Shown: in pieces, positions 8,068 through 15,525 of the stretch
Numbering within the stretch: the first letter of the stretch is position 1
How the letters are laid out: each line of letters opens with the position of its first letter
NCBI GenBank assembly: GCA_035253925.1
Contig: DATFBI010000007.1
Coordinates: forward strand, 1 to 24,000
DNA: 24,000 nt
Direction of reading: 5' to 3'
From: Propionibacteriaceae bacterium
GTDB taxonomy: Bacteria; Actinomycetota; Actinomycetes; Propionibacteriales; Propionibacteriaceae
Notes under the pieces: generated by a model
Told to the model about the DNA's origin: nothing
The model's input: only the letters and a program-made list of their open reading frames with translations
The model's database searches: none
Translations under genes and position numbers: made by a program

Positions 8068-8997
8068 ATGGCGTCAGTTACCCCGCCGACTCTGGCTGGT
8101 GTGCGTGTCCGAGTGCCAGCCAAGATCAACCTTGCCTTGAAGGTAGGTGCACCACGCCCCGACGGATACCATCCGCTGGCCACCGTCTATCACGCGGTCT
8201 CGCTGTACGACGAGGTGGAGGCCACCTGGGCCAACTCCGACGAATTCAATGTGACGGTCTCAGGCGAGGGTGCTGATCAAGTTCCGCTTGATGACAGTAA
8301 TCTCGCTGTCCGTGCCGCCAGACTGCTTGCGCATCACTACGCACCGTACGAGTCACTTGGCGCAAGTTTGTCGATCAACAAGTCGATACCGGTAGCAGGT
8401 GGGCTGGCTGGTGGCTCTGCGAATGGTGCGGCCGCGCTGCTGGCCTGTGCGGTCCTGTGGGACCTCGACGTAAGCCCCGAGCAGCTGAGCGCGCTGGCGG
8501 GTGAACTGGGCAGCGATGTGCCGTTCGCGTTGCTGGGAGGTACCGCCGTCGGAAGCGGCCGTGGCGAGGAGGTGGCTCCGGCGCTGGCCCGCGGTACTTA
8601 CCACTGGGTGCTGACGTTCGGCCACCATGGGCTGTCGACCGCCGCCGTCTACCGGCACTTCGATGACCTCAGTCCCGGCGCGCCGCGGCCAAAGATTCCT
8701 GCTGATCTGATGAATGCCTTGCGTAGTGGTGATCCGAGGTTAGTGGGGGCAGCGCTCAGCAATGATCTTCAGCCAGCCACCTTAGACCTGCAGCCGCAAC
8801 TGCGTACCGTGCTGGAAACCGGACTGGAATATGGGGCACTGGGTGCTCTGGTATCAGGATCGGGTCCAACGTGTGCATTCCTCGTGGACGGGGAGTCGGC
8901 GGCGGTAGATCTTTCTGTGTCCCTGAGCGCCGAGGGTCTCTGCCGGGCGGTGCGACGCGCAACCGGTCCGGTGATGGGAGCTCGCGTGATCAGCTAG
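8068..8997 (+). CDS. ispE: 4-diphosphocytidyl-2-C-methyl-D-erythritol kinase
   Basis: N-terminal PAKINLAL and the GHMP-kinase motif PVAGGLAGGSANGAAAL are present. The gene follows ksgA as in Rv1011. Confidence 0.9.
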   Translation: MASVTPPTLAGVRVRVPAKINLALKVGAPRPDGYHPLATVYHAVSLYDEVEATWANSDEFNVTVSGEGADQVPLDDSNLAVRAARLLAHHYAPYESLGASLSINKSIPVAGGLAGGSANGAAALLACAVLWDLDVSPEQLSALAGELGSDVPFALLGGTAVGSGRGEEVAPALARGTYHWVLTFGHHGLSTAAVYRHFDDLSPGAPRPKIPADLMNALRSGDPRLVGAALSNDLQPATLDLQPQLRTVLETGLEYGALGALVSGSGPTCAFLVDGESAAVDLSVSLSAEGLCRAVRRATGPVMGARVIS

Positions 8998-9012
8998 TGC
9001 GCTGTCGGCCCG

Positions 9013-9133
9013 AGCTGCGAGCGTCGGGAAATCGCGCACCGCCGTGCTGAGGTGGAGCGACCGGAGGCGCTTTTTCCTCTGCGAGCGACGACGAAGTAGG
9101 CGGATTCCACGTGCGATTGCGCGAGCAGCTCAA
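9013..9133 (+). repeat. Interspersed intergenic repeat, copy B (121 nt)
   Basis: See copy A. The hairpin is CGGAGG(9062-9067)/CCTCTG(9076-9081) with one G-U pair. The copy starts 16 nt after the ispE stop and lies between convergent ispE and marR. Confidence 0.9.
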
Positions 9134-9145
9134 GAAAAACGGGCG

Positions 9146-9655
9146 TCAGCGATCAGTGCCGTGGCGCGCGAGCAGCAACCGCAAACTGCTCGCCAGTTGA
9201 TCATGGTCTGCAGGGTCCAGGCCATCCACAATCCGACGCTCAGCCGCCATCAGTTCTGCCAATGTGGCGTCTACTGCCTCCCTGCCAGCATCGGTCAGTT
9301 GGACGAGAACACCGCGCCGATCGTCTGGGTGATCCTGCCTGGTAACAAAGCCTCGGTCGGCGAGCCGGTCTACCCGATTGGTCATCGTTCCCGATGTGAC
9401 AAGCGTTTCTCGAAGCAGCTGCCCAGGCGACAGCTGGTACGGCGGGCCAGAGCGGCGTAACGCAGCCAACACGTCGAACTCCCAGGACTCCAGGTGATGC
9501 GCGCTGAAGGCAGCCGCACGGAGACGGTCGAGATGGCGAGCCAGCCGGCTAATTCGGGACAGTACCTCCATCGGCGCAACATCTATATCGGGACGCTCAC
9601 GCCGCCACGCCTCCACAATGGTGTCGACCTCGTCCCGAGTCTGGTGGCCGGTCAC
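9146..9655 (-). CDS. MarR-family transcriptional regulator
   Basis: The winged-helix region LSPGQLLRETLVTSGTMTNRVDRLADRGFVTRQDHPDDRRGVLVQLTDAGREAV is typical of MarR. GTG 9653-9655 is the preferred start. The 21 codons further upstream, to GTG 9718, include rare AGA/AGG codons, have low third-position GC and overlap the MFS gene end. Confidence 0.8.
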   Translation of the reverse strand: MTGHQTRDEVDTIVEAWRRERPDIDVAPMEVLSRISRLARHLDRLRAAAFSAHHLESWEFDVLAALRRSGPPYQLSPGQLLRETLVTSGTMTNRVDRLADRGFVTRQDHPDDRRGVLVQLTDAGREAVDATLAELMAAERRIVDGLDPADHDQLASSLRLLLARHGTDR

Positions 9656-9695
9656 ATCCGGGAGCCTAGACGTGAAGAGTCTTGACGTCGAGATT

Positions 9696-10916
9696 TCAGC
9701 CCGGATCGTGCATCGCACCGGATTGGCGTTGGCTGAGGCCTACGTCGCTACTCGGCATGATAGATGCCAAGGCGATGATCCCCACACAGAGCAATGCAGG
9801 CACAGCCATAGCGTGATGGATCCCAAGCTGATTGATCAGAAAACCCACAAAAGCCGGGCCGATCAAGAACGCGGCGTAGCCGAAGGTCACAACCATAGCG
9901 AGCGCTCTGCCGCCGCCGATGTGCCCCGAGAGCGCATAGACCTGCGGTGCGATCATGCCAACGCCGAAGCCGACCAGAGCCCAACCAAGTACTAGCAAGG
10001 GCAGGCTGCTCACCAGCGTGACTGTCAAATAGCCGAGAGCTGCGCACAGGCCACCAAAACGTACGACCGCTCGTCGCCCGAAACGGGCAACCAGCCGATC
10101 GCCGAGCAGGCGGATCACAACCATGAAGGCGCTGACGGCAATCAGGCCGAGCGCACCGGTGGTCGGGTCGACGCCGGCGACGTCGGTGACATGGAGGGAC
10201 GACCAATCGAGGGCTGTGCCCTCGCAGAGACCAAAGGCCAGCGCCATGACGGCCAGCACCCACGCCACCGCGGGTATCCGAGTCCGTACCCCATCGACTG
10301 TGTGATGTACTACCGCCGCCTCGGGCGTGATCTTGAGCAAGACGCCCAAGGACACCAACGTCAGCACCGCCAGTGAGACGGACAGTGGCATAACAATGTC
10401 ACCGCCCTTCAGGCCAAGCACAGCGGCAAGCAGCAGCACAGCTCCTGCTCCGATGAAGTTGCCGACCGACCAGAAAGCGTGGAAGAAGCTCATGATCGGC
10501 CGTTCCCGAGCCGCCTCCACTTGCACGCCCATGGCGTTCATCGCGACATCCATCGCTCCATTCCCAAGCCCGACGAGAATGCTGCCGACGATCGCAAAGG
10601 GATAGACCTGCGCCAATCCGATGGTGAGCATCCCGAGACTGAGGAGCGGCACAGCGCCCAGGGTGATCTCGCGGGCGCCGATGGCGTCGGCCAGTCGGCC
10701 GCCGATTTGCATGGACAGGATCGCCGCAGCTCCACCGCAGAAGAGCATGATCGCAATCTGAGTGGCGTCCAAGCCGAGTTTGTCGCGCAGCGACGGGAGA
10801 GCACCGCCGAAGCCGCCGATTACCGCGCCGTTAACGACGAACATCAACGTCACCGCGATGGCAGCTAGTCGGGTCGAGAGCCGGCTAGTGACAACAGCAG
10901 AAGTAGTCAATTCCAA
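9696..10916 (-). CDS. MFS transporter
   Basis: The 406-aa product is highly hydrophobic with about 12 predicted helices and a motif-A-like GGRLADAIGAR. The first available start is TTG 10914-10916 with no clear Shine-Dalgarno, so start confidence is low. Confidence 0.8.
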   Translation of the reverse strand: MELTTSAVVTSRLSTRLAAIAVTLMFVVNGAVIGGFGGALPSLRDKLGLDATQIAIMLFCGGAAAILSMQIGGRLADAIGAREITLGAVPLLSLGMLTIGLAQVYPFAIVGSILVGLGNGAMDVAMNAMGVQVEAARERPIMSFFHAFWSVGNFIGAGAVLLLAAVLGLKGGDIVMPLSVSLAVLTLVSLGVLLKITPEAAVVHHTVDGVRTRIPAVAWVLAVMALAFGLCEGTALDWSSLHVTDVAGVDPTTGALGLIAVSAFMVVIRLLGDRLVARFGRRAVVRFGGLCAALGYLTVTLVSSLPLLVLGWALVGFGVGMIAPQVYALSGHIGGGRALAMVVTFGYAAFLIGPAFVGFLINQLGIHHAMAVPALLCVGIIALASIMPSSDVGLSQRQSGAMHDPG

Positions 10917-10917
10917 T

Positions 10918-10935
10918 TTCTGTATCGATTTAGAA
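10918..10935. promoter_or_regulatory. Candidate MarR operator (imperfect 18-bp palindrome centred on ATCGAT)
   Basis: TTCTGTATCGATTTAGAA has 7 of 9 arm positions complementary. It sits in an AT-rich patch immediately upstream of the MFS start. Confidence 0.3.
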
Positions 10936-11135
10936 GGCCGATTTCCACTGTACGCAACATCCTCGGAGATCGCAAAGGCCGCTAGGCGCTGACCTGGAAT
11001 GCAGGTCCACCGCGCGATGCGTACGCTTGGCTCTGGCCGATCGAAGGGTTGGTCAGCGTGTGGGCGAACCGGTCTCTATTCGAAACCAGCGGCTCGGAAC
11101 CGAGCTCAGGGTGGGAAGATTGGCCGGGCCCACAT

Positions 11136-11214
11136 TCCCCGGTTGGTCTGTCGGCAGGGCCCGCCTGACTTTGAATCAGGACTAGCGACGTAGGTTCGAC
11201 TCCTACCCGGGGAG
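11136..11214 (+). tRNA. tRNA-Gln (anticodon UUG), atypical 9-nt variable region
   Basis: Hand fold. Acceptor TCCCCGG(11136-42)/CCGGGGA(11207-13), giving U1-A72 plus a G73 discriminator as in bacterial tRNA-Gln. Anticodon arm CCTGA-CTTTGAA-TCAGG (11164-11180). T arm GTAGG-TTCGACT-CCTAC (11190-11206). The D loop contains GG. No CCA is encoded. The position upstream of glmU is, as far as I recall, also seen in mycobacteria. Confidence 0.8.
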
Positions 11215-11246
11215 CGGAGCGTCCTCAGCTAGTAAGGAGCCAGCTG

Positions 11247-12701
11247 TTGTCCGTTCACTCCGACCAGGCCCCAAGCCCGGTCGCTGTCATTATCTTGGCC
11301 GCGGGCGAGGGGAAGCGGATGAAGTCCTCGCGTTCCAAGCTTTTGCACGAGATCGCCGGTCATTCCATGCTGAGTTACGCGGTGACGGCTGCAACGGAGG
11401 TGCAGCCAGAACACGTGGTCGTCGTTGTGGGCCATCTGCGTGATCAGGTGGAAGCGCATCTCGCGGAGATCGCGCCACATGTATTGATCGCGGTACAAGA
11501 TCAACAGCTCGGCACCGGCCATGCCGTTGAGGTTGCGCTCGGCCAGTTGGCAGATCTGAACGGCGACGTGATCGTCACCATGGGCGATGTACCGATGCTT
11601 ACCGGTGACACTCTCGCGGCACTGCTCGAGGAGCACCGGGCCCACCAAGCCGTGGTCACCGTGCTAACCGCGGAGGTTCCAGACCCTACCGGGTACGGCC
11701 GGATCATCCGCGACGCGAATGGAATGGTGAGCGGCATTGTCGAGCATCGAGATGCCGATGACGTCCAGCGACAAATCAACGAGATCAACTCTGGGATCTA
11801 TGTCTTCGACGGCGCGGCATTGCGAGCCGCACTAACCGAACTCACACCGACTAATGATCAAGGCGAGTTGTATCTCAGTGACGTGCCGGCCGTGGTACGT
11901 CGAACCGGCAAACCGGTGGCTGCGCTGTTGATCGACGACTTATGGCAGACCGAGGGCGTCAATGACAGGCTCCAGCTATCTCAGCTGAACGCCGAGGTGA
12001 ACCGTCGCATTCTGCAGCGCTGGATGCGCGAAGGCGTGACAGTGATAGACCCAGCAACGACCTGGGTACACGCCTCAGTTGATCTTGCACCTGATGTGAT
12101 CTTGCTGCCCGGCACCTCGCTGGAGGGGGCTACCTCAGTCGCGGCAGGGGCCCGGATCGGCCCGGACACGATGCTGATTGACGTAGAAGTGGGCGAGAAC
12201 GCGGTGGTCACGCGAACCCAGGCCTCGCTAAGCGTGATCGGACCCGGCGCCAATGTCGGTCCGTTCGCCTATCTTCGGCCGGGTACCACACTCGGTGCTG
12301 GGGGAAAGATCGGCACCTTCGTGGAAGCCAAGAACGCTCGCATCGGAGCCGGGGCCAAAGCTCCGCATCTCAGCTATCTGGGTGATGCAGTGATCGGTGA
12401 GGGTGCCAATATCGGAGCGGGCGTGATCTTCGCGAACTACGACGGGGTACGCAAATCCACTACAACGGTTGGGGCGTACGCCTTCGTTGGCAGTAACTCG
12501 GTACTTGCCGCACCAGTGGAGGTAGCCGACGGCGCGTACATCGCAGCCGGCTCCACGATCACTGGAGACGTCGGACCTGGTGATCTTGGGGTGAGCCGGA
12601 GCCGGCAGCGCAATGTGCCCGGTTGGGTGGCGCGCAAGCGGGCTGGCACCAAAACCGCGCGAGCCGCCGAGGCAGCGCTTGAGCAAAAGGAGCCGTCGTG
12701 A
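11247..12701 (+). CDS. glmU: Bifunctional UDP-N-acetylglucosamine diphosphorylase / glucosamine-1-phosphate N-acetyltransferase
   Basis: N-terminal ILAAGEGKRMKS and C-terminal left-handed beta-helix hexapeptide repeats are present. The TTG start has a strong AAGGAG Shine-Dalgarno at 11234-11239, 7 nt upstream. Confidence 0.92.
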   Translation: MSVHSDQAPSPVAVIILAAGEGKRMKSSRSKLLHEIAGHSMLSYAVTAATEVQPEHVVVVVGHLRDQVEAHLAEIAPHVLIAVQDQQLGTGHAVEVALGQLADLNGDVIVTMGDVPMLTGDTLAALLEEHRAHQAVVTVLTAEVPDPTGYGRIIRDANGMVSGIVEHRDADDVQRQINEINSGIYVFDGAALRAALTELTPTNDQGELYLSDVPAVVRRTGKPVAALLIDDLWQTEGVNDRLQLSQLNAEVNRRILQRWMREGVTVIDPATTWVHASVDLAPDVILLPGTSLEGATSVAAGARIGPDTMLIDVEVGENAVVTRTQASLSVIGPGANVGPFAYLRPGTTLGAGGKIGTFVEAKNARIGAGAKAPHLSYLGDAVIGEGANIGAGVIFANYDGVRKSTTTVGAYAFVGSNSVLAAPVEVADGAYIAAGSTITGDVGPGDLGVSRSRQRNVPGWVARKRAGTKTARAAEAALEQKEPS

Positions 12702-13675
12702 GCGGTCTCAAGCGCCCGAACGACAAGCATTTAATGCTGTTCTCGGGCCGGGCGCATCCCGATCTAGCGAACGAAGTCGCGCAGTTGATGAAGGTCGAGC
12801 TCGTTCCGACGCGCGCGATTACGTACGCCAATTCCGAGATCTATGTGCGATTCGATGAGTCGGTGCGCGGTTGCGACGCCTTTGTGATCCAAAGCCACGC
12901 TGCCCCGGTCAATGAGTGGACCATGGAGCAGTTGATCATGGTGGATGCTCTGAAGCGGGCATCGGCCAAGCGAATCACCGTTGTTGCGCCGTTTTACCCC
13001 TACGCCCGACAGGACAAGAAGCACCGTGGTCGCGAGCCGATTTCGGCGCGGCTGATCGCAGATTTGTTCCATACAGCCGGCGCCCACCGGATTATGTCGG
13101 TGGACTTACACGCGGCGCAGATTCAAGGCTTCTTCGATGGTCCGGTTGATCATCTGTGGGCGCTTCCGGTGCTCTCGGATTACCTGGTGAGCAAGTACGA
13201 CACGTCCGAAATGACTGTTGTCTCGCCGGACGCGGGCAGGGTGCGGGTAGCCGACATGTGGACCGACAGGCTGAACTGCGCGCTGGCGATCATCCACAAA
13301 CGCCGGGACCCGAACGTGGTCAACACAGTTGCCATCCACGAAGTCGTTGGCGAGGTGGAAGGGCGAGTCTGCTTGCTCGTCGACGACATGATCGACACCG
13401 CCGGCACTATCTGCCAAGCTGCCGAGGCGTTGAAGGCACGCGGCGCAAAGGCGGTCATCGCGGCGGCCACTCATCCTGTGCTCTCTGGGCCAGCCATCGA
13501 CCGGCTGAAAGCAACAGAGTTCGAGGAAGTGATCGTCACCAATACCTTGCCGATCCCCGAGGAGCGCCGCTTCGATTCGCTCACTGTCTTATCGATTGCG
13601 CCCTTGATCGCACGAGCGATCCGTGAGGTGTTCGAGGAGGGCTCGGTTACCAGCCTCTTCAACGGGCAGGCGTAG
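12698..13675 (+). CDS. prs: Ribose-phosphate diphosphokinase (PRPP synthetase)
   Basis: The PRPP-binding loop CLLVDDMIDTAGTI and the motif YARQDKK are present. The GTG start forms a GTGA overlap with the glmU stop. Confidence 0.92.
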   Translation: MSGLKRPNDKHLMLFSGRAHPDLANEVAQLMKVELVPTRAITYANSEIYVRFDESVRGCDAFVIQSHAAPVNEWTMEQLIMVDALKRASAKRITVVAPFYPYARQDKKHRGREPISARLIADLFHTAGAHRIMSVDLHAAQIQGFFDGPVDHLWALPVLSDYLVSKYDTSEMTVVSPDAGRVRVADMWTDRLNCALAIIHKRRDPNVVNTVAIHEVVGEVEGRVCLLVDDMIDTAGTICQAAEALKARGAKAVIAAATHPVLSGPAIDRLKATEFEEVIVTNTLPIPEERRFDSLTVLSIAPLIARAIREVFEEGSVTSLFNGQA

Positions 13676-13687
13676 TTGAATGGGCTT

Positions 13688-13800
13688 GTCTGCTCGCGCA
13701 ATGTTTGATTGCTCGCTCCGCTCCCGAGGATCGCGCCATGAGGCCGCCGACTTCCTCTCTCGCTCGCAGACGAAAAGCGTGTCTGCTCCGTTCGTTCGTC
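13688..13800 (-). repeat. Interspersed intergenic repeat, copy D (5'-truncated, divergent, with internal insertion)
   Basis: The reverse complement aligns to the hairpin and 3' half of copy A: ..GGAGCAGACacgcttttcGTCTGCGAGCGA..GAAGT.GGCGG..CATG.CGCGAT...ATTGCGCGAGCAG. The hairpin is GCAGAC(13766-71)/GTCTGC(13781-86). The copy abuts copy C and ends 13 nt after the prs stop. Confidence 0.7.
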
Positions 13801-13918
13801 CAGAACAGCGGCGCGATCCTGCGCGCTTTGGATCCGCCTAGTTCGTAGCTCGCACAGGAAAGGCGTCCCTGCTCCCTCCTCCTCAGCATGGCGGCGCGCG
13901 ATTTACCGACGCTCGCAG
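13801..13918 (-). repeat. Interspersed intergenic repeat, copy C (inverted orientation)
   Basis: The reverse complement begins CTGCGAGCGTCGGTAAATCGCGCGCCGCCATGCTGAGGAGGAGGGAGCAGGGACGCCTTTCCTGTGCGAGCTACGAACTAGGCGGATCC. It is roughly three-quarters identical to copy A by eye, with 1-nt indels. Confidence 0.85.
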
Positions 13919-14095
13919 ACATAGATTTCTCTCTGCTTTCCGGCGAGTTGGCCACTATTGGGCGTTGTCGGCTAAGGTTGAGCGGTTGCCTCGGCGAGGG
14001 TCGCAGGACCGTGATCGACTAGGTCGATGCGAACTGCGTCCCCCTCGCTGAGTCCTGATCGAGACCGCTGACGTAAGTTCCGAGGAGTTCGTTTC

Positions 14096-14752
14096 GTGCC
14101 CGAGGTAAAGCTGACAGCCGAACTGCGTACGGAGTTCGGCAAGGGCGCCGCCCGCCGGATCCGTCGCGCGCACAAAGTGCCCGCCGTGTTGTACGGCCAC
14201 GGCACTGCCCCGATTCACATTTCCCTGCCCGGTCACGAGACCCTCTTGGCGTTGCGTACCGCCAATGCACTGCTGTCAATCGAGGTCGACGGCAGTTCCC
14301 AGCTCGCACTGCCGAAGCAAGTCCAGCGTGACCCGCTGAAGCACACCATTGAGCATGTTGATCTAGTGATCGTCCGCCGCGGTGAAAAGGTGACCGTTGA
14401 TGTGCCCGTGCACGTCGAAGGCGAGGCCGGCCCAGACACCCTGGTCGTTGTTGATCACAACACTGTGCCAGTGGAGGCCGAGGCAACCCACATCCCGCAG
14501 CAGATCGTCGTTTCGGTCGGGGATCTACCGCCTGGTACCCAAATCCTTGCCCGTGACCTTGTGCTTCCGTCTGGTTCGTCCATCGATCTTGATCCCGAGA
14601 CCTTGATCGTCAACGTTACGAATGCGCCGACTGCCGAGGCTCTGGAAGCGGAGCTGGCCGAGGCCGAGGCGGAGGCCGGAATCGAGCCGACCATGGCTGC
14701 GCCTGCCGAGCCGACCGCGGATGAGGCGCCTGCCGAGTCCGAGACCGCCTAG
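14096..14752 (+). CDS. rplY: 50S ribosomal protein L25 / general stress protein Ctc
   Basis: The N-terminus TAELRTEFGKGAARRIRRAHKVPAVLYGHG and an acidic Ala/Glu-rich tail match the long Ctc form. GAGGAG Shine-Dalgarno at 14082-14087, 8 nt before the GTG. Confidence 0.9.
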   Translation: MPEVKLTAELRTEFGKGAARRIRRAHKVPAVLYGHGTAPIHISLPGHETLLALRTANALLSIEVDGSSQLALPKQVQRDPLKHTIEHVDLVIVRRGEKVTVDVPVHVEGEAGPDTLVVVDHNTVPVEAEATHIPQQIVVSVGDLPPGTQILARDLVLPSGSSIDLDPETLIVNVTNAPTAEALEAELAEAEAEAGIEPTMAAPAEPTADEAPAESETA

Positions 14753-14770
14753 CTGCCAGTTGCGGATGCC

Positions 14771-15355
14771 ATGACCGCATGGCTGGTCGTTGGCCTGGGC
14801 AATCCCGGTCCGGCCTTCGCCTCGCACCGGCACAACGTCGGTTACCGGGTGGCAGAGGAACTGGCCCGACGGCTTGGCGTGCGGTTCCGGGTCGCGCGGG
14901 GAATACGGGCAGAGGTCGCAGAAGGCAGGATCGGACCGCCGGGAGCTGATGGCCCGCGGCTGATTGTGGCCAAGTCACGAACGTTCATGAACGAGACGGG
15001 CTGGGCCGTGACACGATTGCTTGCCTATTACAAGCTCCAGCCGTCGCAGATGATCGTGGTGCACGATGAGCTCGACATCGACCCAGGCCAGCTGCGGGTT
15101 AAGTTCGGTGGTGGTGACAACGGCCACAATGGCTTGAAGTCGATCCGCACCGCCCTCGGTACCGGTGACTTCTATCGGGTACGCATTGGCGTCGGGCGTC
15201 CGCCTGGCCGGCAGGATCCGGCCGATTTTCTGCTTAGCGACATCCCGCCCAGCGCGCGGGAGGCCGTTGCGGAGGAAATCGACCGGGCCGCGGACGCGGT
15301 CGAATCGCTCGTTGCGGTCGGGCTCGATAGAACACAGAACACCTTCAACACCTGA
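14771..15355 (+). CDS. pth: Peptidyl-tRNA hydrolase
   Basis: Motifs VVGLGNPG...HRHNVG and GGDNGHNGLKS are present. The gene follows rplY as in other actinobacteria. Confidence 0.92.
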   Translation: MTAWLVVGLGNPGPAFASHRHNVGYRVAEELARRLGVRFRVARGIRAEVAEGRIGPPGADGPRLIVAKSRTFMNETGWAVTRLLAYYKLQPSQMIVVHDELDIDPGQLRVKFGGGDNGHNGLKSIRTALGTGDFYRVRIGVGRPPGRQDPADFLLSDIPPSAREAVAEEIDRAADAVESLVAVGLDRTQNTFNT

Positions 15356-15371
15356 GCCCTTCTGGTGGCGA

Positions 15372-15489
15372 AACCTACGTTCACGTAGGTTGCTCACGGT
15401 CTGCACAGGTTGCAACCGATGCAGACCGTCAGCAACCTGTGCAGACCCTGCGATGCTTGCGCGATGCTTGGGCCTGCGCAGACCGTGAG
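15372..15489 (+). promoter_or_regulatory. Dense nested inverted/direct repeat module in the pth-mfd spacer
   Basis: 9-bp inverted repeat at 15372-80/15383-91. Perfect 16-bp inverted repeat at 15398-15413/15432-15447 with an 18-nt spacer. Segment 15393-15404 is also complementary to 15478-15489 (12/12) and to 15421-15432 (11/12). GCAGACC occurs four times. GCGATGCTTG is tandemly duplicated at 15450-59 and 15461-70. Confidence 0.6.
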
Positions 15490-15525
15490 GAAGAAGAAAC
15501 CCGCCCAAGCCGGTAACCTCTCTGG

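Noticed and set aside
9168-9193. Perfect 8-bp hairpin GCGAGCAG/CTGCTCGC near repeat copy B as an extra repeat arm or terminator
   Set aside because: It lies inside the last ~16 codons of marR and encodes a plausible C-terminus. It shares only the GCGAGCAG octamer with the repeat and is not followed by a U-tract in either direction.
10999-11193. 64-aa ORF upstream of glmU
   Set aside because: It overlaps the tRNA-Gln gene and has no Shine-Dalgarno or recognisable protein features.
5853-13918. The repeated elements as a CRISPR array
   Set aside because: The copies are ~121 nt long, kilobases apart, in mixed orientation and separated by housekeeping genes. There are no short regularly spaced repeats with unique spacers and no cas genes.
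14014-14028. Palindrome ATCGAC-TAG-GTCGAT and possible -35/-10 pair (TTGGCC 13948 / TAAGGT 13973) upstream of rplY
   Set aside because: The palindrome is short enough to arise by chance and the promoter spacer (19 nt) is non-optimal. I note it only as a possibility and do not report it as a feature.
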